Source: Hyphochytrium catenoides (taxonomy: Eukaryota > Protista > Hyphochytriomycota). Taken from it: a stretch of DNA of 45,434 nucleotides. The notes under the pieces are model-generated. The model had not been told where the DNA came from. It did no database searches and saw only the letters and a list, made by a program, of their open reading frames with translations. The stretch is taken from positions 1-45,434 of the forward strand of contig FLMG01002197.1 in assembly GCA_900088475.1 (NCBI GenBank). Direction: 5' to 3'. Of the stretch, positions 1 to 10,740 are shown one piece after another. Position numbers and translations under genes: made by a program. The first letter of the stretch is position 1. Each line of letters starts with the position of its first letter.

Positions 1-107
1 TCTCTCTCTCTCTCTCTCTCTCTCTTATACACTCACTGACGCCTTCCCCATACCTCTTCGGTCACAGTGGTCAAAATACCGATACTGACATTTTTGCCAA
101 TTATTAG

Positions 108-305
108 CTCCCTCAAAAGTTGGCAGTCTCTTTATTTACTCACGACGAGATCATTCTTCACAATGAATTCACAACCACGGTCAGCGCTATTCTAGATAAT
201 TTCAAGCAAATGGCAGCTGTCAAAAATAAGGAGTGCTTCGCTGCTTCGCATTCTGGAACCAAGTGTAAATTTACAGAGGAGGATCCTGACGGAGGTGAGG
301 GTTGA
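108..305 (+). CDS. Possible last exon of a gene entering from the left (unknown product)
   Basis: A CT-rich intron-like stretch ending ttattag precedes an open frame LPQKLAVSLFTHDEIILHNEF...GGEG*. No family recognised. Confidence 0.3.
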   Translation, partial: LPQKLAVSLFTHDEIILHNEFTTTVSAILDNFKQMAAVKNKECFAASHSGTKCKFTEEDPDGGEG

Positions 306-532
306 TATGAATGGTCATTGCTTGGGAGACAGATGACGAAGAGCAAGCAGCTAGATCTGACTCCTTCGAGCCCTCGGAGCTGCGCAGGGACAGACAGCGT
401 CAGGGCTCATCATAGCACGATCGCTAACAGCGGCGACATCCATAAGTGGAGGAGCACGACCGACAGTCCCAATAGCTGTGGAAGCCGCTTTGGATATCGT
501 CTCGATTGGAGAGGGGCCAGTTAACCTAGGTG

Positions 533-1710
533 ATGGCATGCAACTCGGCACACCTTCCGAGGGCCCTATCGTGGCCAGGTCGGAGGCTTCAAGCCACGTC
601 TGCAACGAGAAGAGAGCTTTTCAAATGGCGCCAATCTTGGCGTCAAATGGCCAGTCAGTCAGAATGGCGAAAACGCATGGAAGCCTCAGACTCAATCGAC
701 TTAGTGAAAGAGAAGCCGCGAGTACGCGAGCACGTCAACCCACTCTCAGCTGCGTACACATCCCCAATCGACATCCCAGACTTCACCAAGGTGTTTGACG
801 CTCCCAGACCAATACACCTCGACATCGGGTATGGACAATCTCCTTCTCTACTTCTAGAGGGGCCTATCTGACAGGCCGCCTTGCTGCCGTCGTCTTCTTC
901 TGTTCCCATTTTACTGTTATGCTCCCGCCCCAGCTGCGGGGAGGGGGAGCTCGTCCTGCGGCTTAGTGAAGCAGACAAGTCAAAGAACTATTTAGGAATA
1001 GAGATAAGGAAGAAGCTTGTCAACTTCTGGCAGGACCACGTGGCGCGACCTCGGCCAGGAAATGGCTACGTTATGTTCGCCAACATTAACCACCATGGCG
1101 AAGCGCTGTTGGACGCGCTGCCCACTCCTCTAGCTAGTGTCTCGATATTTAACCCTGACCCGTGGTTTAAAAAGAGGCACCATAAGAGGAGGTAAGACCA
1201 TGGTCATAGATCTGCCCAGGACTGTCTGCTTTTAGTGCCACTAATATTTGGCCCTGTGAAGCCTGCCCCATCTGGTTATAGACGCCGCCTTGTGTTTTCT
1301 CTTGCTGAGTTGCCTGTGAGTTCCATAGTTCTTCGGCTTGGCACTAGCTCCTTGTCGCGGATATCTTCTCCTGTCTTGTCAGCCACTGATATTATCTGCT
1401 GCTGTCTTTTAGAGTTATCAACGATCCCCTGCTCTCACTGTTAGCGGAGCACTTGATTCCAGGAGAGGGGAAGATCTACTTTCAAACAGACGTCGAAGAG
1501 ATGTATCAGTACGGTTTAGAGGCCTTTAGGGCTTCGGGACTTTTTCTAAAGCTAGGAAAGGAAGTAGCCAAGACAAGGCTCTTCGGCATTAGAACAGAGA
1601 GAGAGGAGAGAGTGCTACAACGCGGACGGCCAATCTATTATGCTGCTTTCGTGCGCAACAGCAAGAACGTTAAAAGGTTACGATCTGTTGAAGAGAGCGT
1701 CACAGCTTAA
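533..1710 (+). CDS. trmB: tRNA (guanine-N7)-methyltransferase, bacterial/organellar TrmB type; 3 exons (introns 829-933 and 1192-1412)
   Basis: The spliced protein has VREHVNPL, the SAM motif HLDIG|CGEG, LGIEIR, FNPDPWFKKRHHKR|RVI, IYFQTD and RTEREERV, all TrmB hallmarks. The start codon is uncertain. Confidence 0.9.
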
Positions 1711-1818
1711 GCGCCATAACAGCTTATATATATTTATATCAGCGTAGAAGAGAAAGGAAGGAAAGCGAAGCACGAAGTACTATGAAGGAGAACAAGATGG
1801 TTGAGAAGCATTCTGGCA

Positions 1819-3333
1819 CTAAACAGTATCGTCCTCTTGCTTTTCTTGGTCAAATTCCTGCTGCTTCTGCTGTTGCACGCTTCTAAAATCTGTCCTGCCA
1901 TTGATACACTGAGGGCAGGATACTCCCGGGACGTAAGCTGGGGAGCTCTGCTCCTCCAACAAAACAGGCATCCTGCATACAAAGCACGTGCGAGTGGTCT
2001 TGGTGGGCTCCAGGTCTGGCGTCAGAGCGATGCGGTCGTCAAAGGTATAACATTCCCCTTCCCAGTGATCTGGACCCGCCTCCAAAAAGTACTTCACGAC
2101 TCCACCCTCTAGCTGGTAGACATTCTCGTACCCTTCTTCCTTCAGACAGAAGGCTGCCTTTTCGCATCGCACACCACCTGTGCAGAACATTACAATGGGC
2201 TTGTCCTTAGGGACTTCCTTCACAAGCTTCTCCTTCACTGCTTCAGGGAAGGCTCTAAAGTGCTTGATGTCTAAGTCAATGGCGTTCTTGAAAGTGCCGA
2301 GGCGCACCTCGTAATCGTTCCTTGTATCAAGAACCACCATGTCTTTGTTCTCGTCGTACCATTGCTTGAATTCCTTAGGTTTGAGGTGCGGCGCAGGAAC
2401 TACCTTGGTCGGCTGTGCTTCGTCAATACCCATAGAGATGATCTCACGCTTCACCTACGAGAGTGCATGTAGCGTTTAGACCGCTAGAGCAATAACCCCT
2501 GAACGAGCAAGATAAATGTATGCAAAACAGAAATATGGGGACAAATCTAACCAAAGAAGAAACGACTTAGGGCGACATGGGTGAAAAAGGATGGATCCAT
2601 AGCGACAGGCAACTGCTGTTGAGAGACAGGAAGGTTAACAAGCGTGAAGGACAAAGCCAAAGGGTGAATTTCAAGAGCCAAGCGTACAATACAGGTTTTG
2701 ACTAGCCCAAGGGGTAAGAAGCAGGCCCGTCCCGTTGGACTTGAGTCTACTCACTCGAACGAGGAACTTTGGCAAGGTCAGCTTCGGCGACATGGAGTCC
2801 TTATAATCCATATTCTCAAAGTAAGAGTAGGATGACAGAAACTTCTTGTAGGCGTTCACGTTCTCCGGAAGGCCACTAAGACGGATGTTGATACCCTCAG
2901 TACTCAGAAGAATTGTTCCTGCCAGCACCCTGTCATGCTTGGCTGCCTCCTCCTTCATTGCCTTCATAAGGGTTCCAAGAACTAGTTCAGGCGTACATCT
3001 GCATTATCAACGATTAGCCTTTCTTACCTCCCGCATTTTAGGAATCTCTTCGCTTGGTATCTCAACAAACTTGTATGCTGTGACATTGAGAGCCGGGCCG
3101 TCGACTGTGGTCATGTCGAAGGCAATCGTCCGCTTGGGCTCCTCTAGTGGCGACATGGTCATCTTGGGCCTTTGTGACGTTTCGGAGGGATGCGCCAACA
3201 CTGCTGGACTATGCAGCCAAGCTCTGTGAAACCTCTGAGGTCGAGACCAGTTGAGACTGTACCTAACTCTTATGTTTTGCTCAGAGACTAACGACAGATG
3301 AGGACGAAGTGGCCTGAGCACTCGCCATCCCAT
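1819..3333 (-). CDS. trhO: tRNA uridine(34) hydroxylase TrhO/UPF0176-type rhodanese-domain protein; introns 2962-3027 and 2455-2754
   Basis: Motifs YKFV, GTILLSTEGIN, LVR|VKREIISMG, DTRNDYEVRLGTF, MFCTGGVRCEKA, YQLEGGVVKYF and WEGECYTFDDR, plus C-terminal CxxC...CPQC. The Arg-rich N-terminus resembles a targeting presequence. Confidence 0.88.
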
Positions 3334-4119
3334 GCCTCTCCCCGCCGTCTCCGCAATGTTGGAAAAGTTTGTCTGTCTGTCTGCGCTCGTCACTTCCCAT
3401 TGAGACTTCAATCTCCATCTCATCCTCTGTCTGTCTGTCGGCCTGATGATGGACAGCAGTTCTCTGTGGCAGACAGAACCAAGCAGTCATATTACTACTG
3501 CCGAGCAAGGTACGTATCTATGGGATTCTGATCAGCGATAAACGTACTACTATCCATCATCCCACTATACTCTTCTGCCCTTTCTTTTTGCCACCACATT
3601 GCTGGTGCTCCTACTGCTCACGGGTATACAAGGACTGGGAAAGGGGTTGACGGGTTATAAAGAAGTAAGACTCTGGTACCCATTGGCTTCAGGAGCCCTG
3701 AGCTGATTCCTGGGCAGATGTACGGAATATGTGATAATCGGTCAATACATTGGGAGTGATCTAGTTATTCGGAGACAAAGGGTGAAGGGTAACCAAGCGG
3801 TCATCCAATTCTGATGGCGCTCCTCTTTCTCGTACTTGTAGAACTAGAAAGAGACAGAGAGGTTAGTCTATTTATGATGGGTGCTGTTGCCTTTACTGCT
3901 GCTTAAAAATCAAGGCCCAGATTGACAGACCTGAGTGGTGCAGTGCCTCGTCACTCATCAAGCCGCCAAGATGTTTCAGTGTGCGCTGCCTTTGGTCAAA
4001 CTATGGAGAAAAGGATGTGACAGCTCTCAATACTTTTGTTGCTGATTGTGTAGGGAGGTGTACAAGAATTCATGTGTGTGTAGATCGTGCCTCCATCTTG
4101 TGACCTCTTCCTTCAAGAG

Positions 4120-5301
4120 ATGGCCCTCCTGCGCCGGGGCTCAATGTTGTTAAGACGGCATTTCTCGACTCAACCCCGGGTTATTCTGGGTATTGAAACC
4201 ACATGTGATGATTCTGGGGTGGGAATCGTTACATCTGAGAGAGCCATTCTCAGCAATGCCATCTCTTCGCAATGGGAAATGCACGCGGAATGGGGCGGAG
4301 TAGTGCCGAGGTTGGCAGCGCTTGCTCACAAGGAGAACCTACCTCTCGTTCTCGAGAGGGCTCTGAAGGACAGCAAGCTTCCTCATGGAATTGCTTCTGT
4401 AGATGCTATTGCCGTTAGTACGGGGCCAGGTCTCACTCCGTGCTTGGATGTAGGACTGAAAACCGCGAAGGAGCTTGCAGTCCAGTATAAAAAGCCCATA
4501 ATCCCGATTAATCACGTTGAGGCACATGCGCTGGCGGCGAGGCTAACCTACTCAGACGTCGACTTCCCATTTCTCGTTCTAGTGGCTTCTGGTGGTCACT
4601 GTATCCTTGTCCTTGCTAAACGTCTTGGAGAATACCTGGAACTTGGCACCGCTCTCGATGACTCTGCGGGCGAGGCCTTCGATAAAGTAGCTAGGATGCT
4701 AGAGCTTCGTGAACCCGCTGATGGGACTCATGATGTCAACCTTCACGGCGGCAAACTAGTGGAACAATGGGCAAGGAGGGGCGATCCCGACGTTTACCCT
4801 CTAAAGGAGCCCATGTTGCGGCGATCGGGCTGTGACTTCTCCTTCTCTGGCTTAAAGACGGCGGTGCAATCTGTTATCTCCGAAGCCAGAAGGATGGAAG
4901 CTGATGAAATGGACATCAAGGCTAACGTTGCGGCGTCTTTCCAGCGAGTTGCTGTCCGACATTTGGTCTCCCGAACCCGCCGTGCCATCACGAGGTGCAA
5001 GGAACTTCTACTACCAGGAGAGGGTGAGTCGGTGACTCAACTAGTCGTCAGTGGTGGCGTAGCCGCGAACCTTTCGCTTCGAGAGGCGATGAGTGGGTTG
5101 GCCAAGGAGGCTGGGATGGAAGTCTTCTATCCTCCAGTGGAGCTTTGTACGGATAATGGAGTGATGGTGGCATGGGCAGGCCTGGAGCATTTTCATTCTA
5201 AAACAGAAGAGGTAGCTACCCTCGACTTCAGGCGACGCTGGCCCCTGGGTGTACGCGTGGACGAGCGGGATGATTATATGAGACGACGAAAGGAGGGCTA
5301 A
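4120..5301 (+). CDS. OSGEPL1: tRNA N6-threonylcarbamoyladenosine (t6A37) transferase, mitochondrial TsaD/Qri7/OSGEPL1 type; intronless
   Basis: Motifs LGIETTCDDSG, GGVVP, metal-binding INHVEAH, SGGH, DDSAGEAFDKVAR, FSFSGLKT, SGGVAAN and CTDNGVMVAW. The presequence-like N-terminus reads MALLRRGSMLLRRHFST. Confidence 0.95.
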   Translation: MALLRRGSMLLRRHFSTQPRVILGIETTCDDSGVGIVTSERAILSNAISSQWEMHAEWGGVVPRLAALAHKENLPLVLERALKDSKLPHGIASVDAIAVSTGPGLTPCLDVGLKTAKELAVQYKKPIIPINHVEAHALAARLTYSDVDFPFLVLVASGGHCILVLAKRLGEYLELGTALDDSAGEAFDKVARMLELREPADGTHDVNLHGGKLVEQWARRGDPDVYPLKEPMLRRSGCDFSFSGLKTAVQSVISEARRMEADEMDIKANVAASFQRVAVRHLVSRTRRAITRCKELLLPGEGESVTQLVVSGGVAANLSLREAMSGLAKEAGMEVFYPPVELCTDNGVMVAWAGLEHFHSKTEEVATLDFRRRWPLGVRVDERDDYMRRRKEG

Positions 5302-5420
5302 TGACAATGTGCGAAGAGTGGTGCAATCTTGGAGTTTTGGTTGAACACTACGGCAGTAATGGCGAAAAGGCATCCTTCTCGTCTCACTGTCTTGGAGGCA
5401 ACCTGAGGCGGCTTCTACAG

Positions 5421-6648
5421 CTAAAAAGTCTGATGCGCTTCCTGGTGGAATCTGCTAGCCAGCTTTAGACATCTATCTGCCTTGCCCAATAACAACTCAT
5501 TGTGCTGAAGGTGTTGATAGAGGAGGCCATCTTAGCGGCTGGGTAAAGTATTTGGGGGACACGACATTGGCCTACCCTTTGAATGTTTGCAAGAGCATTG
5601 AGTTGTCTGTCCAGCAGCTGTTTGAGGCCCTCGCTTAGGACCCTGTAATATGTATAGTCAGCAGTGGGGTTTTACCCAGAAAACGACGCTAATCGGGGGT
5701 GAGATTACTTAACTGGAGTTGCGAAGAGGCATCTCGCCGTAGGTTCTCAATATCCGAGAAGAGAGAGATTTCTACATCCTCTAGAATAACGTTCAGTCGC
5801 TGATCTGGGGTAGATTGGCCATTATCTTCTAAAGAATCATGCGCCGCAAAATGTTTGCACCCTTTGCCCTCGATCCTCTGCTCGTCAGCTGTTTGATGGT
5901 GGGATTGTGTTGGATCATTGCCCTCAAATGTACGCAAGCGAAAGCTTGCGTTTTCACTGGCCTTGTTGACATTGTCCAATAGTGAGCCACCTAAGTCCTT
6001 TTCCGAAGCTTCACTTGCTTTATTGATCGCCAGGTGTCTTTCAGGATCCACAGAATATGTCAACGACGCGGCTGTGGGATTATAGTCAGTACTTGCCAGA
6101 TCTGTGCTACAGGGATCTCTTAGCAAATCGCTGGGATTTGAGGGTGAAGCATTGGGGCCTTTAAAGAACTGATGGTGGTGTTGATGCTGCTTCAAGGCGG
6201 TATCTGGCTGGGAGACATTGGGCTCTTGAGAGCTGTCTGTTTCCCTGTCAATGCCCTGCGCCTCCCTTCTAACACTTCCTAGCCTCAGAAACGTGTCCTC
6301 CGATACCGAGTCATTGTGGCCATCAGAAGCTGATAAATTGAAAAATTGCTGCGTTCGGAAGAATGATGAGGGCCTGGTTGGCTCTTGGGTCTTTTGCTGT
6401 TCAGTCTCCGAATGGCTAGGTCCCTTTTCCTTGGACCCCTGGCCTTTTGAGTCCCTGCCGCCGCCTCTAGACTTCCTGCCTCCCTTTTGCCTTGCTGTGT
6501 GTTCTGCCGTGGGCGTCAACCGAGGATCGCTTCCAGCATTACGTTGCCCCCCGGTGCCCCCCGACTTTATAGACCGCAGGAAAAACTTGGCTCCTTCTCC
6601 TGGATCGTCATCTTTTGGCATCACAGATCCACTTTTCCTCTTGGTCAT
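5421..6648 (-). CDS. Hypothetical protein with a disordered N-terminus and a helical/coiled-coil C-terminus; about 3 exons
   Basis: The long ORF from ATG 6648 is extended by two short GT-AG introns: SQLQ|VLSEGLKQLLDRQLNALANIQR|HNELLLGKADRCLKLASRFHQEAHQTF*. Confidence 0.6.
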
Positions 6649-7384
6649 CTCGTACAGAAGCCCAAAGCTAGTGAGCACCGGGGATAGGCATAGGAAGAGG
6701 GCCAGCTGAATTCAGTTTGTCTCAGCCAAGCAAGCCTAGCTGTGTGGGTCTACGTTGTTCGCGATGCGGTGTGCAGATCGGCTTGACCGTTGTGAAGTCT
6801 TGGCATGCATGATAGCAGGCTTGCCCGGTAAATCAGAAAGTGAAGACGAACAGCCAGCGTCTATCTTTCGTATCCCTTCCCAACAGAAATGACGGGCTTC
6901 AATAAAAATTGCCGATGTTTCTTTCCGATTCCGCATGGCGCCGTAATTCGATTTGACGGAATTGGAGATGACTCGAAAATCGACTACGGAGTATATTCCA
7001 ATAACGATCGATGACCAGAGAACCTGAGGGTTATTCTACCTGCAAATTGGTTGACAAGAAAAAAGCTTTCCTTATTCTTCATTTCCTCCTTGAGCTTCTG
7101 CTTCTCGGATCTGTGAGGAGTGAGAAGCCCTTCTCAATAACAGTAAATAGGCCCTCTGTAACCCTTCAAGATCTTGTGAGGCATCATGTACCTTCTAAAT
7201 AAAGCATTATTTTCGTTTATCTATGGTGGTATCTGTCTGGCATTATTTAGAACCAGTGTCTTGCACAACTCCTTTTCAGCTTCAACTCATCAAACACGCT
7301 CATGGGGATCTCAGAACCCAATTTTCAGCCCAGAACGCAAGCCTGAAGCCTGTTTGTTCCGTCCGGGCGAGGATTTCAAGAGCT

Positions 7385-10300
7385 ATGGCTTCATCGCCCC
7401 AAAGGATAAGGACGGAGCCAACTGTCAAAGAGGATAATACCACGGTCATGACTCCCAAAGGGTAAACCGTCACTCACGTCCTTGAAGTTGCGCCCATGAA
7501 ATAACGATACCTAATAAACCCGACCCTACTTCAGTTATGAGAAGGTAACCTTCAAGTACGAAAACCAATTACCCAGGTTGCCGATCCCTGATCTGAAAGA
7601 GTCATGCCAGCGCTATCTTCGCATTCTGGAGCCTTTGCAGGTCAGTCATTAGGTTACTGTCTATATTGTAGTGGAATCGTATCTTATTCGACACATTTAG
7701 ACTCCAGAAAGCCACCAGCGGACGAAGCTAGTGATGGACAAGTTTCAAAATGGTTACGGTCAGGTTCTGCAGGTAGCCCCAATACCGAAGATAGTGAAGG
7801 AATGGAGTAAGCTGGCCCTGCTCACACCTTTCCATGCTCACCAATGTAGGAGAAGCTGAAGGGCTACGCCTCGACAAAAGCTAGCTACATCGAGGATTTC
7901 TGGTTCGATTCCTATCTGAGGTATACAGATTCCGTGGTGCTGAATCTAAATCCGTTCTTTGTCCTTGAGGACGACCCGACGCCTTCTAGAAATAACCAGA
8001 TCTTAAGGTATGCTTTCCAACAGCCTCAGCCTGTCCCGTTCATACCCCCTAAGGGCTCTCACTTCAGGGCAGCTTCGTTAATATATTCCTCACTAAAATA
8101 CATCAACGCCTTGCGGGTAGAAACTCTGGAGCCTGACATGTTTCGTAAGCAACCACTCTGCATGATCCAACATCAAAAGCTCTTTTCTACATTTCGAGAG
8201 CCGACAGTTAGCGGGGATATAATTAGAACAGTAGACAACCCAAAGCACATTGTGGTTCTCTGCAGGTAGAGTATGCATCGATGGCCATTGGTCTCGCCAA
8301 TCTTTACCCTGATCACTGGTCGCCTTCATACGCTGCTGTCTTTCCAGAAAGCAGTTCTACTGGTTCGATGTTCTTTATGACAACAGTGAGGTCGCTGTGA
8401 CTGAGGCCCAGCTCATAGAGATTCTAAAGGCCATAAAAGCCGACTCCCTTGCAGCCTCTAACAAGGAGGTTGCCTCCAAGGCTGTGGGAGTTCTGACCAC
8501 AGAGAACCGGAAGGTCTGGGCCAACTTAAGAGAGAGTCTGATCAACTCGTCCAAGAACAATAAAGACGCTCTGCAGGTACGTCTTGGCCCCGGCCCCATC
8601 AGTTTATCCCAATCGTGACAGGTATGGTGACATGGAACTTCTTCACTCTTACAGATTGTAGATTCGGCCCTATTCATAGTCTGTCTAGACAGTACTGCGC
8701 CGATTGGCGCCAGTGAGATTGCCAGCAACGTTCTACGAGGCAGTTATAATATATCCGAGACCGGGGTTCAGTGTGGTACTTGCACCAACCGGTGGTACGA
8801 TAAGCTGCAAATAATTGTATGTGAGAATGGTGCAGCAGGAATGAACTTTGAGCACGCAGGTGTTGACGGCCATACTGTCCTTAGGTACGGCTTGTTAGCA
8901 ACTCTTTTTGCCACCTCCAGCCTCACTTGCTTGCCTCAGGTTTGCGTCCGACGTATATACCGACACCATTTTGAGGTTCGCAAAGTCTATCAATAGCAAG
9001 GCTTATGACCTCTTCAAGATCGACTCGACAGGGGGAGTCAGAGGAGCTGTAGACATCGTTCCTAAGAAACTTGAATGGGAACTTAACTCGGAGCTGCGTA
9101 CAGGAATTCGCTTCGCAGAGTCAAGGCTGAGTGATCTTCTCTGCCAGAACGATGTCGAAGTTTTGGAATTTGATGTATGCACCCAATGCCCCTTCCAGAT
9201 TATTTTTTTTCTCATCTGGCTGGCTGTTCTCCTGTCAGCCTCCATCCCTATAGGACACTAATTGAAGCTCTCTCTTATCTACCTCTTTTTGAGTTCCCAA
9301 TAACTGCTCACTCAGCCATCTCCAACAAACAGGAATATGGAAAGAGCTTTATCACCAAGATGAATCTTAGCCCTGATGCCTTTGTTCAGATGGCCTTTCA
9401 AGCAGCCTACTATGGTAATTGTCCAAAAACAAATTGAAGTTCTGTCTATCGCTGTGGTTAGCTCTTACCACGCTTGCGAAAGGGCTCTATGGAAGGCCAG
9501 AGTGCACATACGAGCCAGCTTTGACAAAAAACTTCTACCACGGGAGGACGGAGGGTATTAGACCCGTTACAAGAGAGAGTGTTCGCTTTGTAAAGACATT
9601 CTGCTCCGATGCTGCCAACTTTGAGAAGCTCAAGCTTCTCCGGGCCGCCAGTAAAGCGCATGTAGAGCGTACAAGAGAAGCTTCTCAAGGAAAGGGTGTC
9701 GACAGACACTTCTATGCGATGTATTGCATTTGGAAAGAGTTTGACCGTCAGAATCATCCTGACATGCCGGTAAGACGAATGGATAAGCAGCGTTTGGCTC
9801 CCGTTCTATGACATATCTGCGGTCAAAGGATTACGCTATGCTGAAGAATGAGAAAGGAGCAGTTGGGGTTGCGGTACTAAGACGCTGTTGCTAACTGCCT
9901 TCAGGAAATTTTTGGCGATGAGAGTTGGACCATATTGAACCGGACAGTCATCTCTACCAGCAACTGTGGGAACCCCTCTCTTCGCTTCTTTGGGTTCGGC
10001 CCCGTTGTTCCTGAAGGGTTTGGGATCGGTTACATCATCAAGGACGAAGGCATTCAGGTTGGTGGCCCACCACTGCCTGGTTACCTTTGGCATATTGTGC
10101 TGCTTTGCTTAAACAATTGTTCGCTAACCCCTTTTTTTGCACGGTGATTTGGCGATAGTTCTGTGCATCGTCAAAGCATAGACAAACCAAGAGATTTCTC
10201 ACTACTTTGAACAACTATTTGATGGAGGTCAAGGAGATGCTGGAGAATGAGCAAATGGAACAGTTCCCTAACCTCTTTCAGCAAAACCTAAAGCGTCGGC

Positions 10301-10605
10301 GGAGCCAGTCCATGGTTGGCGGTACGTACACTTCTAGCTGGAGCCAGTTCATACATAGCGCGAAGGCAGCCTTGGCTTCTCTTAATCAACTCGGCCCCCT
10401 TGGATGCTGTGTAGCGGCTTTCCTTGATTATACGATGTTTGGACTTTACTTACACCTGCTATTGTGACAACTGGCACGTTACGCAGGCTATGGCTTTTTT
10501 GACGCTGGAGCTGTGGAAACACAACGACTACCTGCCAACTCCAACGTGGGACGACGCCTAGAGCTTAGTGAGGTTGGGAACTATAAAGACAACCTCAGCT
10601 TCTAG
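7385..10605 (+). CDS. Carnitine O-acetyltransferase (choline/carnitine acyltransferase family, YAT1/FacC-like); multi-exon
   Basis: Spliced motifs LPRLPIPDL, SYIEDFWFDSYL, LNLNPFFVLEDDP, NRWYDKLQ, catalytic FEHAGVDGH, SPDAFVQMAFQAAYY, YEPALTKNFYHGRTE, GKGVDRH, STSNCGNP, FGPVVPEGFGIGY and C-terminal GYGFFDAG. Confidence 0.93.
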
Positions 10606-10740
10606 AATTCATTCGTCCCATTTTGCATCACCTGACCCTTTGTCCGCCTTTATACTGCTCGGTATGTCCAATCTCTTTATCTCACTTGGAACTAGTGCTT
10701 GCATGTCGATATAAATAATCTGGGATAGAGCTTGCAGCTC

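Noticed and set aside
1526-1532. Isolated TTTAGGG telomere-like heptamers (also near 21614)
   Set aside because: They are single copies within coding exons, with no array.
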